From positions 544,001-608,000 of the forward strand of contig CAVULX010000003.1 in NCBI GenBank assembly GCA_963742415.1: DNA of 64,000 nt, read 5' to 3'. The translations under genes were made by a program, and so were the position numbers. The notes under the pieces were generated by a model. It saw only the letters and a program-made list of their open reading frames with translations. It was not told where the DNA came from and searched no databases. This document shows positions 50,956 to 60,811 of this stretch, in pieces. Numbering within the stretch: the stretch's first letter is position 1; the number at the start of each line of letters is the position of its first letter. The DNA comes from an uncultured Parachlamydiaceae bacterium (GTDB lineage Bacteria > Chlamydiota > Chlamydiia > Chlamydiales > Parachlamydiaceae).

Positions 50956-51271
50956 TAGTTCTAGTAAAAGTTTATCTGCAAAATTGACCGCGATCAATTT
51001 TTCGAGCAATTATCCATATAATTGACCACACAATTGACCTTCTCCTCTATTTGAAGTTGTGAATGGAAAAATGTCGATTTTAGGATTAAATATTTGGGGA
51101 AACAAAAAACAGGTTAACAAGAATACGCTATTTTGCTAGGATCTAAACATTTCTCAACATTGCCTTCAGAACTCTAGGACTTTTAATGAGTTGAGGAAGT
51201 GCTTCAGGGTTTAGTTTTAATTTCCAATTCGCTGAAAAAAAAAACGAATAAAAGCTTTAGGAGAATAACAT

Positions 51272-52582
51272 ATGCATACCATATATGAAATTGCTCAGCA
51301 TGTTGTCCTGGATCAACCATATCATAAAGAAGAATCCAAACCATTACAGATCGGCTCACAAGAATCTCGTATTTACAAGATTTTATCGGAATCTACGAAA
51401 TTTGAAATCATTGAGAAGGTGAGAAATTTTGTTCAGGGAACGCTTTCTGAAGAGTTAATAGAAAACGAGATTAATAAAGACAATGCTTACCTTTATCTAG
51501 CTGCTGCAAAAGTCATTGATCTGGATACATCTCCTTCAGAAATGGTAAAGTCTACATATAGAATTCGAGAATTAGCTGTTCTGAACTCTAAACCAGAAAA
51601 GGACGGTCGTGGGAAAATCAATATGCTGAATGCCTTTTCCATGCCTCCGTTGGATAAAGAAGATATAGACCTATTGCTATCCAACGAATTAGACATTAGC
51701 CATCCTATTGTAAAAAAGGCGGCTTTTGGAGAAGAGCGAAATAATCACCTCAAGAGAATCTACACCTATGGGCAAAAAGATGCCAAAGTCATTTCGGAGA
51801 TGGTTCCTGTTATTGAAGCGGTTGTCAAAGACAGATTTCAGTCAATGTTAAAGGCTGCTGATTCCCTTCCGATTGATACTACGGTTGTTTATAAAGGCTG
51901 CTCTGGGGCCGGGAAATCATTTGCAATAAAAAAGCTCACTGAACAGTGTTTGAGAGGAATTTCAGCTGAAAACGCAATTCAGAGTACTGATAACATTAAA
52001 AAGGAAATTTTGACTAGAACTAAAAATGTATTTAATGATCAACAAGTTTTTCTTCTCGGCTTTTCAACATTTAAAATGTTGTCCGAAGCCATGAAAGAAA
52101 AATATCCAAAGCTTTCTACAGTTCAGGAAGGATGGTTTAACAGCACATTTACATTGGAAGGATTGTTTAAAGATCTCAAAGTCGCTAATTTAAAATTGGA
52201 AATGCATGATTTTGATGGAGATTATGAAGCTCTTTGTTTACGTGTTTTAGCTCGTTATCCAGGTCAAAACAGCCAAAAAACTCCTCTAGACGATGTTGAA
52301 AGAGCCTTTAAAACGAGTAGAGAATCCAGGGAACAATTGCTGAAATCTTTAAGAGAGAACGTGGATAGTTATCAGTTTAAATTTGTGCAGGCCAATGGTG
52401 AAGTTAGAGATGATATAGATCCCAAGTCTATTGTAAGCGATTCAGCAGGAGTAGACAAAGAAATTGCCGCCACTAAAAAAGTACGCATTACAGAACAACA
52501 CGCAAAAACTTTTGGTGAATCTTTAAACTCTTTTATAGGCATGACAATAGAAGAAGCTTTTGAAAAAGCAAAGGCTGTATAG
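51272..52582 (+). CDS. Zeta-toxin-like P-loop kinase with unique N-terminal half
   Basis: SD AGGAG; 'VVYKGCSGAGKS', 'QSTDNIK', 'VQEG', 'LRVLAR'. Confidence 0.65.
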   Translation: MHTIYEIAQHVVLDQPYHKEESKPLQIGSQESRIYKILSESTKFEIIEKVRNFVQGTLSEELIENEINKDNAYLYLAAAKVIDLDTSPSEMVKSTYRIRELAVLNSKPEKDGRGKINMLNAFSMPPLDKEDIDLLLSNELDISHPIVKKAAFGEERNNHLKRIYTYGQKDAKVISEMVPVIEAVVKDRFQSMLKAADSLPIDTTVVYKGCSGAGKSFAIKKLTEQCLRGISAENAIQSTDNIKKEILTRTKNVFNDQQVFLLGFSTFKMLSEAMKEKYPKLSTVQEGWFNSTFTLEGLFKDLKVANLKLEMHDFDGDYEALCLRVLARYPGQNSQKTPLDDVERAFKTSRESREQLLKSLRENVDSYQFKFVQANGEVRDDIDPKSIVSDSAGVDKEIAATKKVRITEQHAKTFGESLNSFIGMTIEEAFEKAKAV

Positions 52583-52587
52583 TATCT

Positions 52588-54213
52588 ATGTCAGTCTTAG
52601 AAGGTGTTCATTTGAAACAATCAGCTGAGTTCTCGACTCAGCTGGTTAATCCATTAGGAAATCAAGATAAATGCATTCGGAAAGTCTCTTTAGAAAATCT
52701 AAAATATATCCGTGATCAACATGAAAACGAAAAATCCTCAAAGATTGGAAAAAAGCGCCTCACAATACTTTTCACTGGGGATACCCACAGTAACTTAGAA
52801 CCATCTATTGCTTCTTTTGTATCTGAAAAAGCTCTTGGCGGCATAGTCCGTCGTATTCAATACTTAGAGCAAACTCGTGCGATTTCCAATCAACCTGTAT
52901 TAGTTTTAGATGCTGGCGACTTTCTTCAAGGAACAGCTTATTTTGAGCTGTTTGAAGGTGAAGCTGAAGTTAGATTTATGAATCAAGCAGGTTATAACGT
53001 AATCACTGTGGGCAATCACGATTTTGATTTAGGCTGGCCTCACTTGAAGAATCTCCTCAAACAAGGAAAATTTGATGCGATTTGTTCTAATGTATATTTG
53101 GAAGGGTGTTCGGAATCATGCCTGCCACCTTATGTGTTGTTAGAGATAAACAACCAACATATTGCTGTTGTAGGGATTATGGGAATGGATTCTTGGCAAT
53201 CAATACAACCAATACAAAGGAAAGGGTTAGAAATTAAAGAGCCATTAAAAGTTTTAGATCAAATTTTACCTGAAATTCGTCCCTATGTTGATCTTATTAT
53301 TCTATTGTCTCACTCTGGGATTAAAGAAGATAGAGAGCTTGCTAAGCATCCAATGGTAGATATTATCTTAGGCGGTCATTCTCATACTTGGATGACAGAA
53401 CAAGAATTAATCAAAAGCGTTACTAACAACACAAATGAAAAAATTACTTCAGTTTTTCATAGTTTTCGAAATGGAATGCTTGTTGGAAGAATGGATGTTA
53501 AATTTAAAGACGGAAAGTTTTCAAAAACCAAATCATCCATACAATATTTAGACGAGCAGTTCGATCCTAAAAATGATACTGTTTATCCTTCGGTGGAAAA
53601 AGCATCGTCATTGCTTAAGGAGTATCAAGAAAAATTAAAAATTTTCGAAACGCCCATAGGAGAATGTCTTGAGACACTTCCCACAAAAGATAAAGGATTG
53701 GGAGTAGTTCCAATTGGAGAACTCATTGCAAACATATTGCGAGAATGTGGAGAAGCTCATGTTGGAGTGATTCCGTCCGGTGCTATTAAAGTTGGTATCG
53801 AAAAAGGACCTTTTACTCTTGGAACACTTCATAGAGTTCTAGCTCATGCAATGCCTTTATGGGTATTAACTATAAAGGGTAGCTTACTTTTTTCTCTCAT
53901 GAAACAAGGAGAAGAGCGTTGGGGAAAACAAAGATGTTTCCAATATGCTGGAATTTCTATTAACAAGGAAGATTCAGAAATCGTTAATCTTTCCGTTTTA
54001 GGAATAGAACTCAATAGAAATGCCTTCTACAAAATTGCAGGGTCATCTTTTTTCTTTGAAAGGGAATTTATGGACGTGGATAAAAAAATTCTACCAGAAT
54101 ATTCAAATGATATTCAAAGCGTTGAAGAGAAATATTATGACTTAAGAATCCCATTCGCTGAAAAAATTAAAACAAATGGATTAGGCAAATGGATAAAAGG
54201 TGTCGGTCAGTGA
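52588..54213 (+). CDS. Calcineurin-like metallophosphoesterase / 5'-nucleotidase
   Basis: 'GDTH', 'LDAGD', 'GNHDFD', 'LSHSG', 'GGHSH' plus C-terminal 5'-nucleotidase domain; no Sec signal. Confidence 0.9.
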   Translation: MSVLEGVHLKQSAEFSTQLVNPLGNQDKCIRKVSLENLKYIRDQHENEKSSKIGKKRLTILFTGDTHSNLEPSIASFVSEKALGGIVRRIQYLEQTRAISNQPVLVLDAGDFLQGTAYFELFEGEAEVRFMNQAGYNVITVGNHDFDLGWPHLKNLLKQGKFDAICSNVYLEGCSESCLPPYVLLEINNQHIAVVGIMGMDSWQSIQPIQRKGLEIKEPLKVLDQILPEIRPYVDLIILLSHSGIKEDRELAKHPMVDIILGGHSHTWMTEQELIKSVTNNTNEKITSVFHSFRNGMLVGRMDVKFKDGKFSKTKSSIQYLDEQFDPKNDTVYPSVEKASSLLKEYQEKLKIFETPIGECLETLPTKDKGLGVVPIGELIANILRECGEAHVGVIPSGAIKVGIEKGPFTLGTLHRVLAHAMPLWVLTIKGSLLFSLMKQGEERWGKQRCFQYAGISINKEDSEIVNLSVLGIELNRNAFYKIAGSSFFFEREFMDVDKKILPEYSNDIQSVEEKYYDLRIPFAEKIKTNGLGKWIKGVGQ

Positions 54214-54214
54214 C

Positions 54215-54378
54215 TATACCCAAACGACTTGAAAAATCGGAATTTAGGCTTAGCCAAAGCCTCGGGATTCGATCTTCCGGAATCGACCCAATATTATAAT
54301 ATGGGATCGATTCCGGAAGTCGAATCGCGAGAGCTTTCGCTTAAGCCTAAAACCGATTTTTCAAGTTGTTTGGGTATA
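54215..54378. mobile_element. 164-bp ERIC-like palindromic MITE, copy 1
   Basis: TATACCCAAACGACTTGAAAAATCGG...CCGATTTTTCAAGTTGTTTGGGTATA, full-length hairpin, TA ends. Confidence 0.8.
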
Positions 54379-54581
54379 ATTTCACTACAACAAAGCTCTC
54401 ATTCAAAAGGAAAGCATAACTATTTGGATTGCTGGGTATTCATTGCATAAAAGAAAGTGATAATAATATTTTATATTCGTTACTGTAAAAACTACTTGAT
54501 AGCAAAAGCAAACCTCAGTAGGCTGGACCACTCTATCAATTTATCGACTTAAATACCTAAAATTCAAAAAGGGGTATCTTT

Positions 54582-55595
54582 ATGAATTCAGTTCAAGGCG
54601 TTAGTGGGGAAGCTTTTGGAAATTTATTGCAAACTAAGTTTGTTTCAGGATCTATTCCTAATCAATCAAATATTAATCCTAAAGTTGAGATTATTAAAGG
54701 TAAAGCAGCTGATTTAGCATTAGCCATTTTTAATCCTGGAAAATCTGATTTATACCTAAGTGATGAATTAACATTTGGAAAATATTTTTCACAAGAGATC
54801 TATGGAGCAGGATTCACGAAAGGGCTTGCTGGAATTTGGGCCTATTTAATTTGTTTGGAAGAAGAATCTAATTCTTGTGATGACGAAAATGTCCGAAAAT
54901 TCTCTTTAGAAGTCAATAAAGCTTCAAATGATATATTTGAGCGCCTTTCCAAAAGTGATCGCCAATTATCTGATGTAAGAAAGAAATCAGAACAACTAGA
55001 CAATTATGGTGGATATTATGACATCACGAAACTTTCAGATAATCATCTCCATGATATTGCTCTCGAAGGATCTTTGATATATCCCTTGGAAATTGATCCT
55101 TATTCCGGTCATTTGGTTGCCAAGTTACCTAAGGAGCTTGCACAACAATTATTAGAAGCTTATCGATCTGAGATTGAGACACATCTCACAGAACAAGGGA
55201 GCAAGAATTTAGGTTTGCCAAACAATATTGGTTTTGTAGTCGTTGCATACAAGGATGAACTAACAAACACTCCACAAAATGTTTTAGACTCTATTTTAAA
55301 AAATAAAGTGACCGTTTCTTTCAAACAACCTTACATAGTTCCAGTGCGAGGAGATAATCGCTATTCCTTAGTCGCTTCTATTTTGGTGGAAGCACCAGAA
55401 ATTTCGATCATCAGAAAAGAACTCGGACTTGGTGAGCTTTACTCTCCAGGGCGGCCTCTGCGTTATACTTTCGGTGCTGTTCATAACATTCCTGCTGAAT
55501 ATGATAATGAAACACTTATCAAAAAATTAAGAACGTCAAATGCATTAAAGCCTTGGATGAATTTCATCGATGAGCATGTGACTAACAAGATATAA
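54582..55595 (+). CDS. Hypothetical protein, C-terminal degenerate 2H-phosphoesterase-like domain
   Basis: 'GFVVVAYKDE', 'LVEAPEISIIRKELGL', 'PLRYTFG' resemble a 2H fold lacking HxS/T histidines. Confidence 0.55.
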   Translation: MNSVQGVSGEAFGNLLQTKFVSGSIPNQSNINPKVEIIKGKAADLALAIFNPGKSDLYLSDELTFGKYFSQEIYGAGFTKGLAGIWAYLICLEEESNSCDDENVRKFSLEVNKASNDIFERLSKSDRQLSDVRKKSEQLDNYGGYYDITKLSDNHLHDIALEGSLIYPLEIDPYSGHLVAKLPKELAQQLLEAYRSEIETHLTEQGSKNLGLPNNIGFVVVAYKDELTNTPQNVLDSILKNKVTVSFKQPYIVPVRGDNRYSLVASILVEAPEISIIRKELGLGELYSPGRPLRYTFGAVHNIPAEYDNETLIKKLRTSNALKPWMNFIDEHVTNKI

Positions 55596-55642
55596 TGCAA
55601 TATTTGTGAAAGCTAGAAGCAATAACATGCTTCTGGCTCTTA

Positions 55643-55806
55643 TATACACAAGTGAACTCAAAAATCGGCATTTGGGCCGCGCGAAAGCTCCCGCGGTTAA
55701 AGGATCGTAAGTTCCCTAATATTAGAAATATGAGGGAACTTAAGATCCTTTAACCCCGGGGCTTTGGCGCAGCCGAAATACCGGTTTTTGAATTCACTTG
55801 TGTATA
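55643..55806. mobile_element. 164-bp ERIC-like palindromic MITE, copy 2 (opposite orientation)
   Basis: TATACACAAGTGAACTCAAAAATCGG...CCGGTTTTTGAATTCACTTGTGTATA. Confidence 0.8.
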
Positions 55807-56409
55807 CATAAATAGCTTGCTCACTAAAGATTCTTCATTGACCGTTTAGTTTTGACTTGAAAAGATTTTTTGGCACATATTCTCAATTTCTTAACTTAGG
55901 CGTCATTCCAAAAGCTTACGAAAAAGCCACAAAATACCCTAGAAGTACTTGTTTTTCTTTTATTATTCATGTTTATGATATATTATAGGCTCCATGTCAA
56001 CACCCACAATATCACTTGAAATACTTCAAGCTCCGGTCAAAAACTCTACACCATTTGGTCTACGTGTTTAATCTTTTACATTTTTTCTATAACATGGCTG
56101 TCTTTAACTATTATTATCTCGGGTATTAAAATATCGTTATAAGTATTATCTTCTGATTTTAATCGGATTGTAACTATTCCAGGAGCTTCATTAAGTTTGT
56201 TGATATAACCAGAAATATGCACAATAAGTTCTCTTAACGACAATGTCAAAATAATTTCTTTATTTTTTAGAGCATCAAAAATAAATTAATTATGCAATAT
56301 AAATAGGGATATACATTTTCTAAGTTCAAGAAAAAAAATAATTATAATGGCTTTGCCAGAGGACTGACTTTGAAAATCTTTCGCTTTTTCATCAACAGGA
56401 TCGCAGATT

Positions 56410-56458
56410 TTTACTCAATGCGTTGAGTAAATTTACTCAACGTATTGAGTAAAGTCAA
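56410..56458 (-). promoter_or_regulatory. Tandem 22-bp palindromic operators overlapping a TTGACT-17-TAAATT promoter
   Basis: tttactcaatgcgttgagtaaa + tttactcaacgtattgagtaaa. Confidence 0.65.
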
Positions 56459-56543
56459 GCGGACGCAATTCTATAGAGAGTATTTCTAAAGAAGCCATTA
56501 GAGAAAAAATCTCATCCCTCCTTGATTCCAAGGTTACAGTTTA

Positions 56544-56597
56544 TGTTCTATATTTTAATCTGTTCAATAAATATTGAACAGTGTATATTAATGAACA
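56544..56597 (+). promoter_or_regulatory. Inverted-repeat operator upstream of the AbiEi-like gene
   Basis: ctgttcaata-aa-tattgaacag plus outer TGTTC/GAACA; SD AGGAGG follows. Confidence 0.6.
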
Positions 56598-56611
56598 GAT
56601 AGGAGGCTCGT

Positions 56612-57347
56612 ATGAAAGGTCGGTTTTTGATAGGTTCGAATGAAAAACCTGCTGGAAGGGAATATCTATTCTGACAAATCTGCTCTGATTCTTGATTGGC
56701 TTCTAAGAGAGGGCGTAAAAAGTCAAGAGTTATCCTTAAGGAAATGTGGCTAAAGAAACAGGTGTAAGTCTTGGATTGGTACAACGCGTTTTTGAAATTT
56801 TAGTTTTAAAAGGAATTTTGCAAACTGAAGGAATTAGAACTGCTAAAAAGTTTTTCCTTAAAGAATCCAAAACTTCTTCTTGAAAGCTGGCTAGAACAAT
56901 ATAGCATCGTCAAAAAATGCAAAATGAGAACCTATCGTTCAGGATTCCAAGATAAAGCAGAGCTTTTAGAAGCGCTCAAAAAGTCAAATCTTAAGCAAAA
57001 AGTAGCACTGGCTCTTCATTCTGCTGCTGAAGCTCATGGATGCAAAAACACTAATTTAAACACTCTTGAATTATACTTGCTTGATCCTTTGGTTAGACCA
57101 CAACTTGAGAAAAAGTTATTATTAGAACCTCAAGAAAGAGGTTATGAAGTTTTGCTTATAGAGCCTTACTACAAAAGCTTGCTTAAGAGCTGCTTACGAT
57201 TCAAATCAAGATATCAATGTCTCTCCTCCCATTTTGACTTTTTTGGATTTATATCACTTTCCCTTACGTGGGCAAGAGCAAGCAGAATTTATGGCAGAAC
57301 GCCTTCCCGAGCTTAAGCATATTTATAAAAGCGGTAAATCGTCATGA
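56612..57347 (+). pseudogene. Type IV TA AbiEi-like antitoxin, multiple frameshifts
   Basis: HTH 'VAKETGVSLGLVQRV', 'PKLLLESW...Y', 'LHSAA', 'VSPPILTFLDLYHFPLRGQEQAE'. Confidence 0.75.
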
Positions 57348-58140
57348 TATCTAATCAAGAAGACAAAATCATTTCAGAGTTTTTAGATTCGATTGGTCCA
57401 TGGCGGGATACTGATCGTCATTGGAGGTGGTTTTGCACTCTTTATCTACAAACTTTACCTAGGCAGATCCAAAATTAAAGAATCCTACCAGTAGGAACAA
57501 GAGATATCGATTCTCTTATTCCACGGAAGATTCCAGAAATATCGAAAAAGAACATTCAAAATTACCTTCAAGAAGCAGGTTATAGCCACGTTTTTAAGGA
57601 TATAGACGATCCTGCAACAGAAGCCTATGTAAAGAAAATTGCAGGTACGGAGGTAGAAATCGAATTTTTGACGGACGAGTCAACCAGAAAAATAAAAATA
57701 AAAATGTTAAAATTGCTGGCATAGTTGCTCAACCACTTAGCTACTTAACTTTGAGTTAGCAAACAACCATAAAATTTCAGACATACTCAAACGTTATCGG
57801 CAATGTAGTGACACCAGGAGCTTGGATATTCCATAAAGGCCTTACATTTACTAAACGCAAAAGCACTTCAAAGACTTTTAAGGATCTTTATGGCATTTGG
57901 TATGTAACTTCTCAACTAGGCGATTTTTCTGAGCAGGCTCTAGATGAATTCAACGCATTGGCAAAACAGCATGCAAAATGGTTTAAAACTTTTCAGAAAA
58001 ATCTACAAACTTGGCTTAACAATACATCTCCAAGCGACTGGTCTAAGTTAGAAGCACAAGACCCTTCTGGCAGGCTACGAAGGCTTAATTTTGAACGAGC
58101 TTTAAAAATCTTGTTAAGTGAGCCTTTCGTGAGAACCTGA
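57344..58140 (+). pseudogene. Nucleotidyltransferase-fold toxin (AbiEii/GSU2403-like), multiple frameshifts
   Basis: ATGA overlap; 'VIGGGFA', 'GTRDID', 'IEFLT', 'PGAWIFHKGL', 'KDL'. Confidence 0.75.
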
Positions 58141-58202
58141 ACTTTGGTTTTTTTTGTCCTTTGACGCTAGCCCAAAGGGTAAAAAAAACCAAAGTTCGGG
58201 TT
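58134..58202. repeat. Hairpin element with AACC(T/C)GAACT ends at island right edge
   Basis: aacctgaactttggtttttttt / aaaaaaaaccaaagttcgggtt. Confidence 0.7.
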
Positions 58203-58318
58203 AAGAGGGAGGGGCAAATAAATTCAGATGATCCGATCTATCAATTTGATATTTCTCAGGAATATGTAAACGAACTCGTCGATGCTGTCATGCAGATGGC
58301 ATTATAGTTAATTTTTGG

Positions 58319-58904
58319 TCAAGAGGCGAACTGATACAAGACAGAGCGGCCTAAGGAGCGGCGTTTGATGAACTGCAGGTGTTGCAGAGGAACCTTATCC
58401 AGGGGTATTTCTGAGGCTTCTTCAATGAAAAGCGTCCCCCCTTTTGTCAGGAGGGAACTTTCGTCAATCAGCCTCAATGTATGTTCGCTATAAGCCATTT
58501 CCGGTTCATTTTTTCCTTTCGAGCTCAGCCTGGCATAAGGGGGGTCGGCGTAAATGAGATCGAAATGGTTGTCTGCTTTGATCAGAAGCTTTATCTTTTC
58601 AAAAACATCCCCAAATAGGACTGTGGCTTGATTTTGCAATTCCAGTTCCTGAACATTCTGCTTGATACATTTGAATTGCTTCCCTGTGGTTGTCGACAAA
58701 GACTGCATGCTTGGCGCCGCGGCTTAGAGCTTCTAAACCCATGGCTCCTGATCCTGCAAAGAGATCCAAAAAATGGGCCTTCTCGATAGAAGCTTGACAA
58801 ATGTTGAAGACTGCTTCCCGCAACATGCCTGAAGTGGGGCGGGTATTTCCCCCTTTTGGCGTTCGTATGTTACGGTTTTTATAGATGCCGGCAATGATCC
58901 GCAT
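58319..58904 (-). CDS. rsmD: 16S rRNA m2G966 methyltransferase RsmD, split by an extra A near 58672 (possibly sequencing error)
   Basis: 'MRIIAG', 'TRPT', 'LDLFAGSGAMGLEALSRGA' then 'DLIYADPPY' in the other frame. Confidence 0.9.
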
Positions 58905-58912
58905 GGTGCGCC

Positions 58913-60811
58913 CTATTGGAAAGCCACTGGCACATTAAACGGAACCAAGATTTGTTGAGCTTCATGCAGATGAATGGGATTTCCATCATTTAGAAACCGG
59001 CCATAGTTTTCATAAGCCTGATAGAGGGCCAATTGTTTTTCGAGGTTTTCTGAATCCCCTTTTGCGGCTTTTCCAAAGGATGCAGTTTGTTTGATATCCA
59101 AAGATTTATCGTAGTATTTCCCTTGAAAAAAGAGGTAGAAGTCCTTCAATTGATCGGTTGTTCCATATAGGGTATAAGGACGATTCTGGTAAAGATTCGC
59201 GGCACATTTATTGGAGGGATAGACAGAAATTTTTTGCCCTGGTGTTTGGGTTAAGACAGCGATTTTCATCTCCTTGCCGATAGGGTTGCGGATTTCATGC
59301 ATGAGAGAGTGTAAAGCCTCATTGATGATTTGGTCTGTAGGAGCATAATATAAATTGCCTTGATTTAAAACACTGAGCAAATCGAGTAAAGCGACATTGT
59401 TCCCTTTGCCTGAGGCCACGCTGAACAAAGAGACCTTTCCTTCATTTTGAGATGTCCATCGGGAAATCATTTCCCTTTGTTTTCCGATTCCCAAGTAAGT
59501 ATCTCCATCGGATAAAAGGATGGCTGTATTTATTTCATTTTCAGCGACAGCATGAGGGATGATTTCCCCAAGGGAAGAATAGAGGTCTGTTGTAGCATAG
59601 GGGCCCCCGTGTTTTTGTTTCGCGATGAATTGTTGGGCGCGTGCCACATTGACAGGATTCCATGGGACGTTTTCGGGGGAAAATCGTTGGATTTTTTCAT
59701 CGAAGAAAAGCACGTTAAATGTATCCCCAGGCTGGAGCGTTGAGATCATTTTGGAGACAGCTTGCTTGGTCATTTCGAACCGATTGAAACGGATCGAGTG
59801 GGAGCGGTCGACCAAGAAAAAGACATTTTGAACGATTCTTTTAAATTTTGTATTCGGCTTTGGAAATAAAGTAAGCTTGAAAACATATCCATGACCATTA
59901 GATCTTGGGGCGTATTCCACCTTCAAGGTGAAATCGTTGCTGCTGGCGGCGGATTCTAATGAAGCGGTGTTAAAGCCCCGCAAACTATTTTTGTTTATGT
60001 TCGGTAGGTTTGCTTGCCTAGGTTTTGCCTGGAAATTGATGGTACTTGGTGCGGGGGCGGAACCGATGTTGGCTAAGGTTAAGATTGATCCATTTTGGCT
60101 TTGGGGGATATCGATTAGACCTTGATCCAACAAGCCTGAGCGATTGTTGAAAGAGGTGGTAGTCAAGAGAGGAGCTGTTTCAGAGGTTCCCGCCTGAATA
60201 CTGTTTGCTGTTGTTACAGTTTCTGTGGGTGCGGCCTTTAGGCTCCCTTGAGCTTCCTCAGTGGCTTTGATGAGTTCATTCACCAGTTCTTGGTTTTGCA
60301 AGAATAGGATATCAACGACATTCTCTTGCCTATAATTTGAAGTTGAGTTTTCAGAAAGAGCCTCCCTAGCAGCTTGGATTGGGGAGATACGCTCCATTGC
60401 TTGAAGTTCGGCGCTTGATTTTTTAAAAGAATCCAAGCCATGTTCATCGAAAGACAGGTTTGTATCAACGGCATCGATATCTATTTTGGAATAAGCCTGC
60501 TCCTGATCTTTTAGATCAAAATTTAAAGTCTCAATTTTTTCAAGGCGAGGAGGGCTCATCTCTTTAAAAAAGGTTGTCAACATTTGATGGCGCCGTTTTT
60601 CTTCCGCTTTTTTTGCTTTTGCCTCATCGGAAGAAGAGATATCCTTTTTTTGATTTTCCCATAGGGCGTTTACGGAGGAATAAAAAGCGATATCGATATT
60701 TTGCAGCCAGAAAAAGGCTGCAAGATGAAAGAGAATGGCAATCAAGAAGGCGATGCCAATGATGGCCTTCGAATTGAACTGCTTAAATTTAACCACGGTT
60801 TCTAAATTCAT
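58913..60811 (-). CDS. Membrane-anchored VWA-domain protein
   Basis: MIDAS 'LVDRSHS', 'LLSDG'; N-terminal TM. Confidence 0.85.
   Translation of the reverse strand: MNLETVVKFKQFNSKAIIGIAFLIAILFHLAAFFWLQNIDIAFYSSVNALWENQKKDISSSDEAKAKKAEEKRRHQMLTTFFKEMSPPRLEKIETLNFDLKDQEQAYSKIDIDAVDTNLSFDEHGLDSFKKSSAELQAMERISPIQAAREALSENSTSNYRQENVVDILFLQNQELVNELIKATEEAQGSLKAAPTETVTTANSIQAGTSETAPLLTTTSFNNRSGLLDQGLIDIPQSQNGSILTLANIGSAPAPSTINFQAKPRQANLPNINKNSLRGFNTASLESAASSNDFTLKVEYAPRSNGHGYVFKLTLFPKPNTKFKRIVQNVFFLVDRSHSIRFNRFEMTKQAVSKMISTLQPGDTFNVLFFDEKIQRFSPENVPWNPVNVARAQQFIAKQKHGGPYATTDLYSSLGEIIPHAVAENEINTAILLSDGDTYLGIGKQREMISRWTSQNEGKVSLFSVASGKGNNVALLDLLSVLNQGNLYYAPTDQIINEALHSLMHEIRNPIGKEMKIAVLTQTPGQKISVYPSNKCAANLYQNRPYTLYGTTDQLKDFYLFFQGKYYDKSLDIKQTASFGKAAKGDSENLEKQLALYQAYENYGRFLNDGNPIHLHEAQQILVPFNVPVAFQ

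Noticed and set aside
50981..51040. Three AATTGACC motifs as a regulator site
   Set aside because: Irregular spacing in AT-rich DNA; could be chance.
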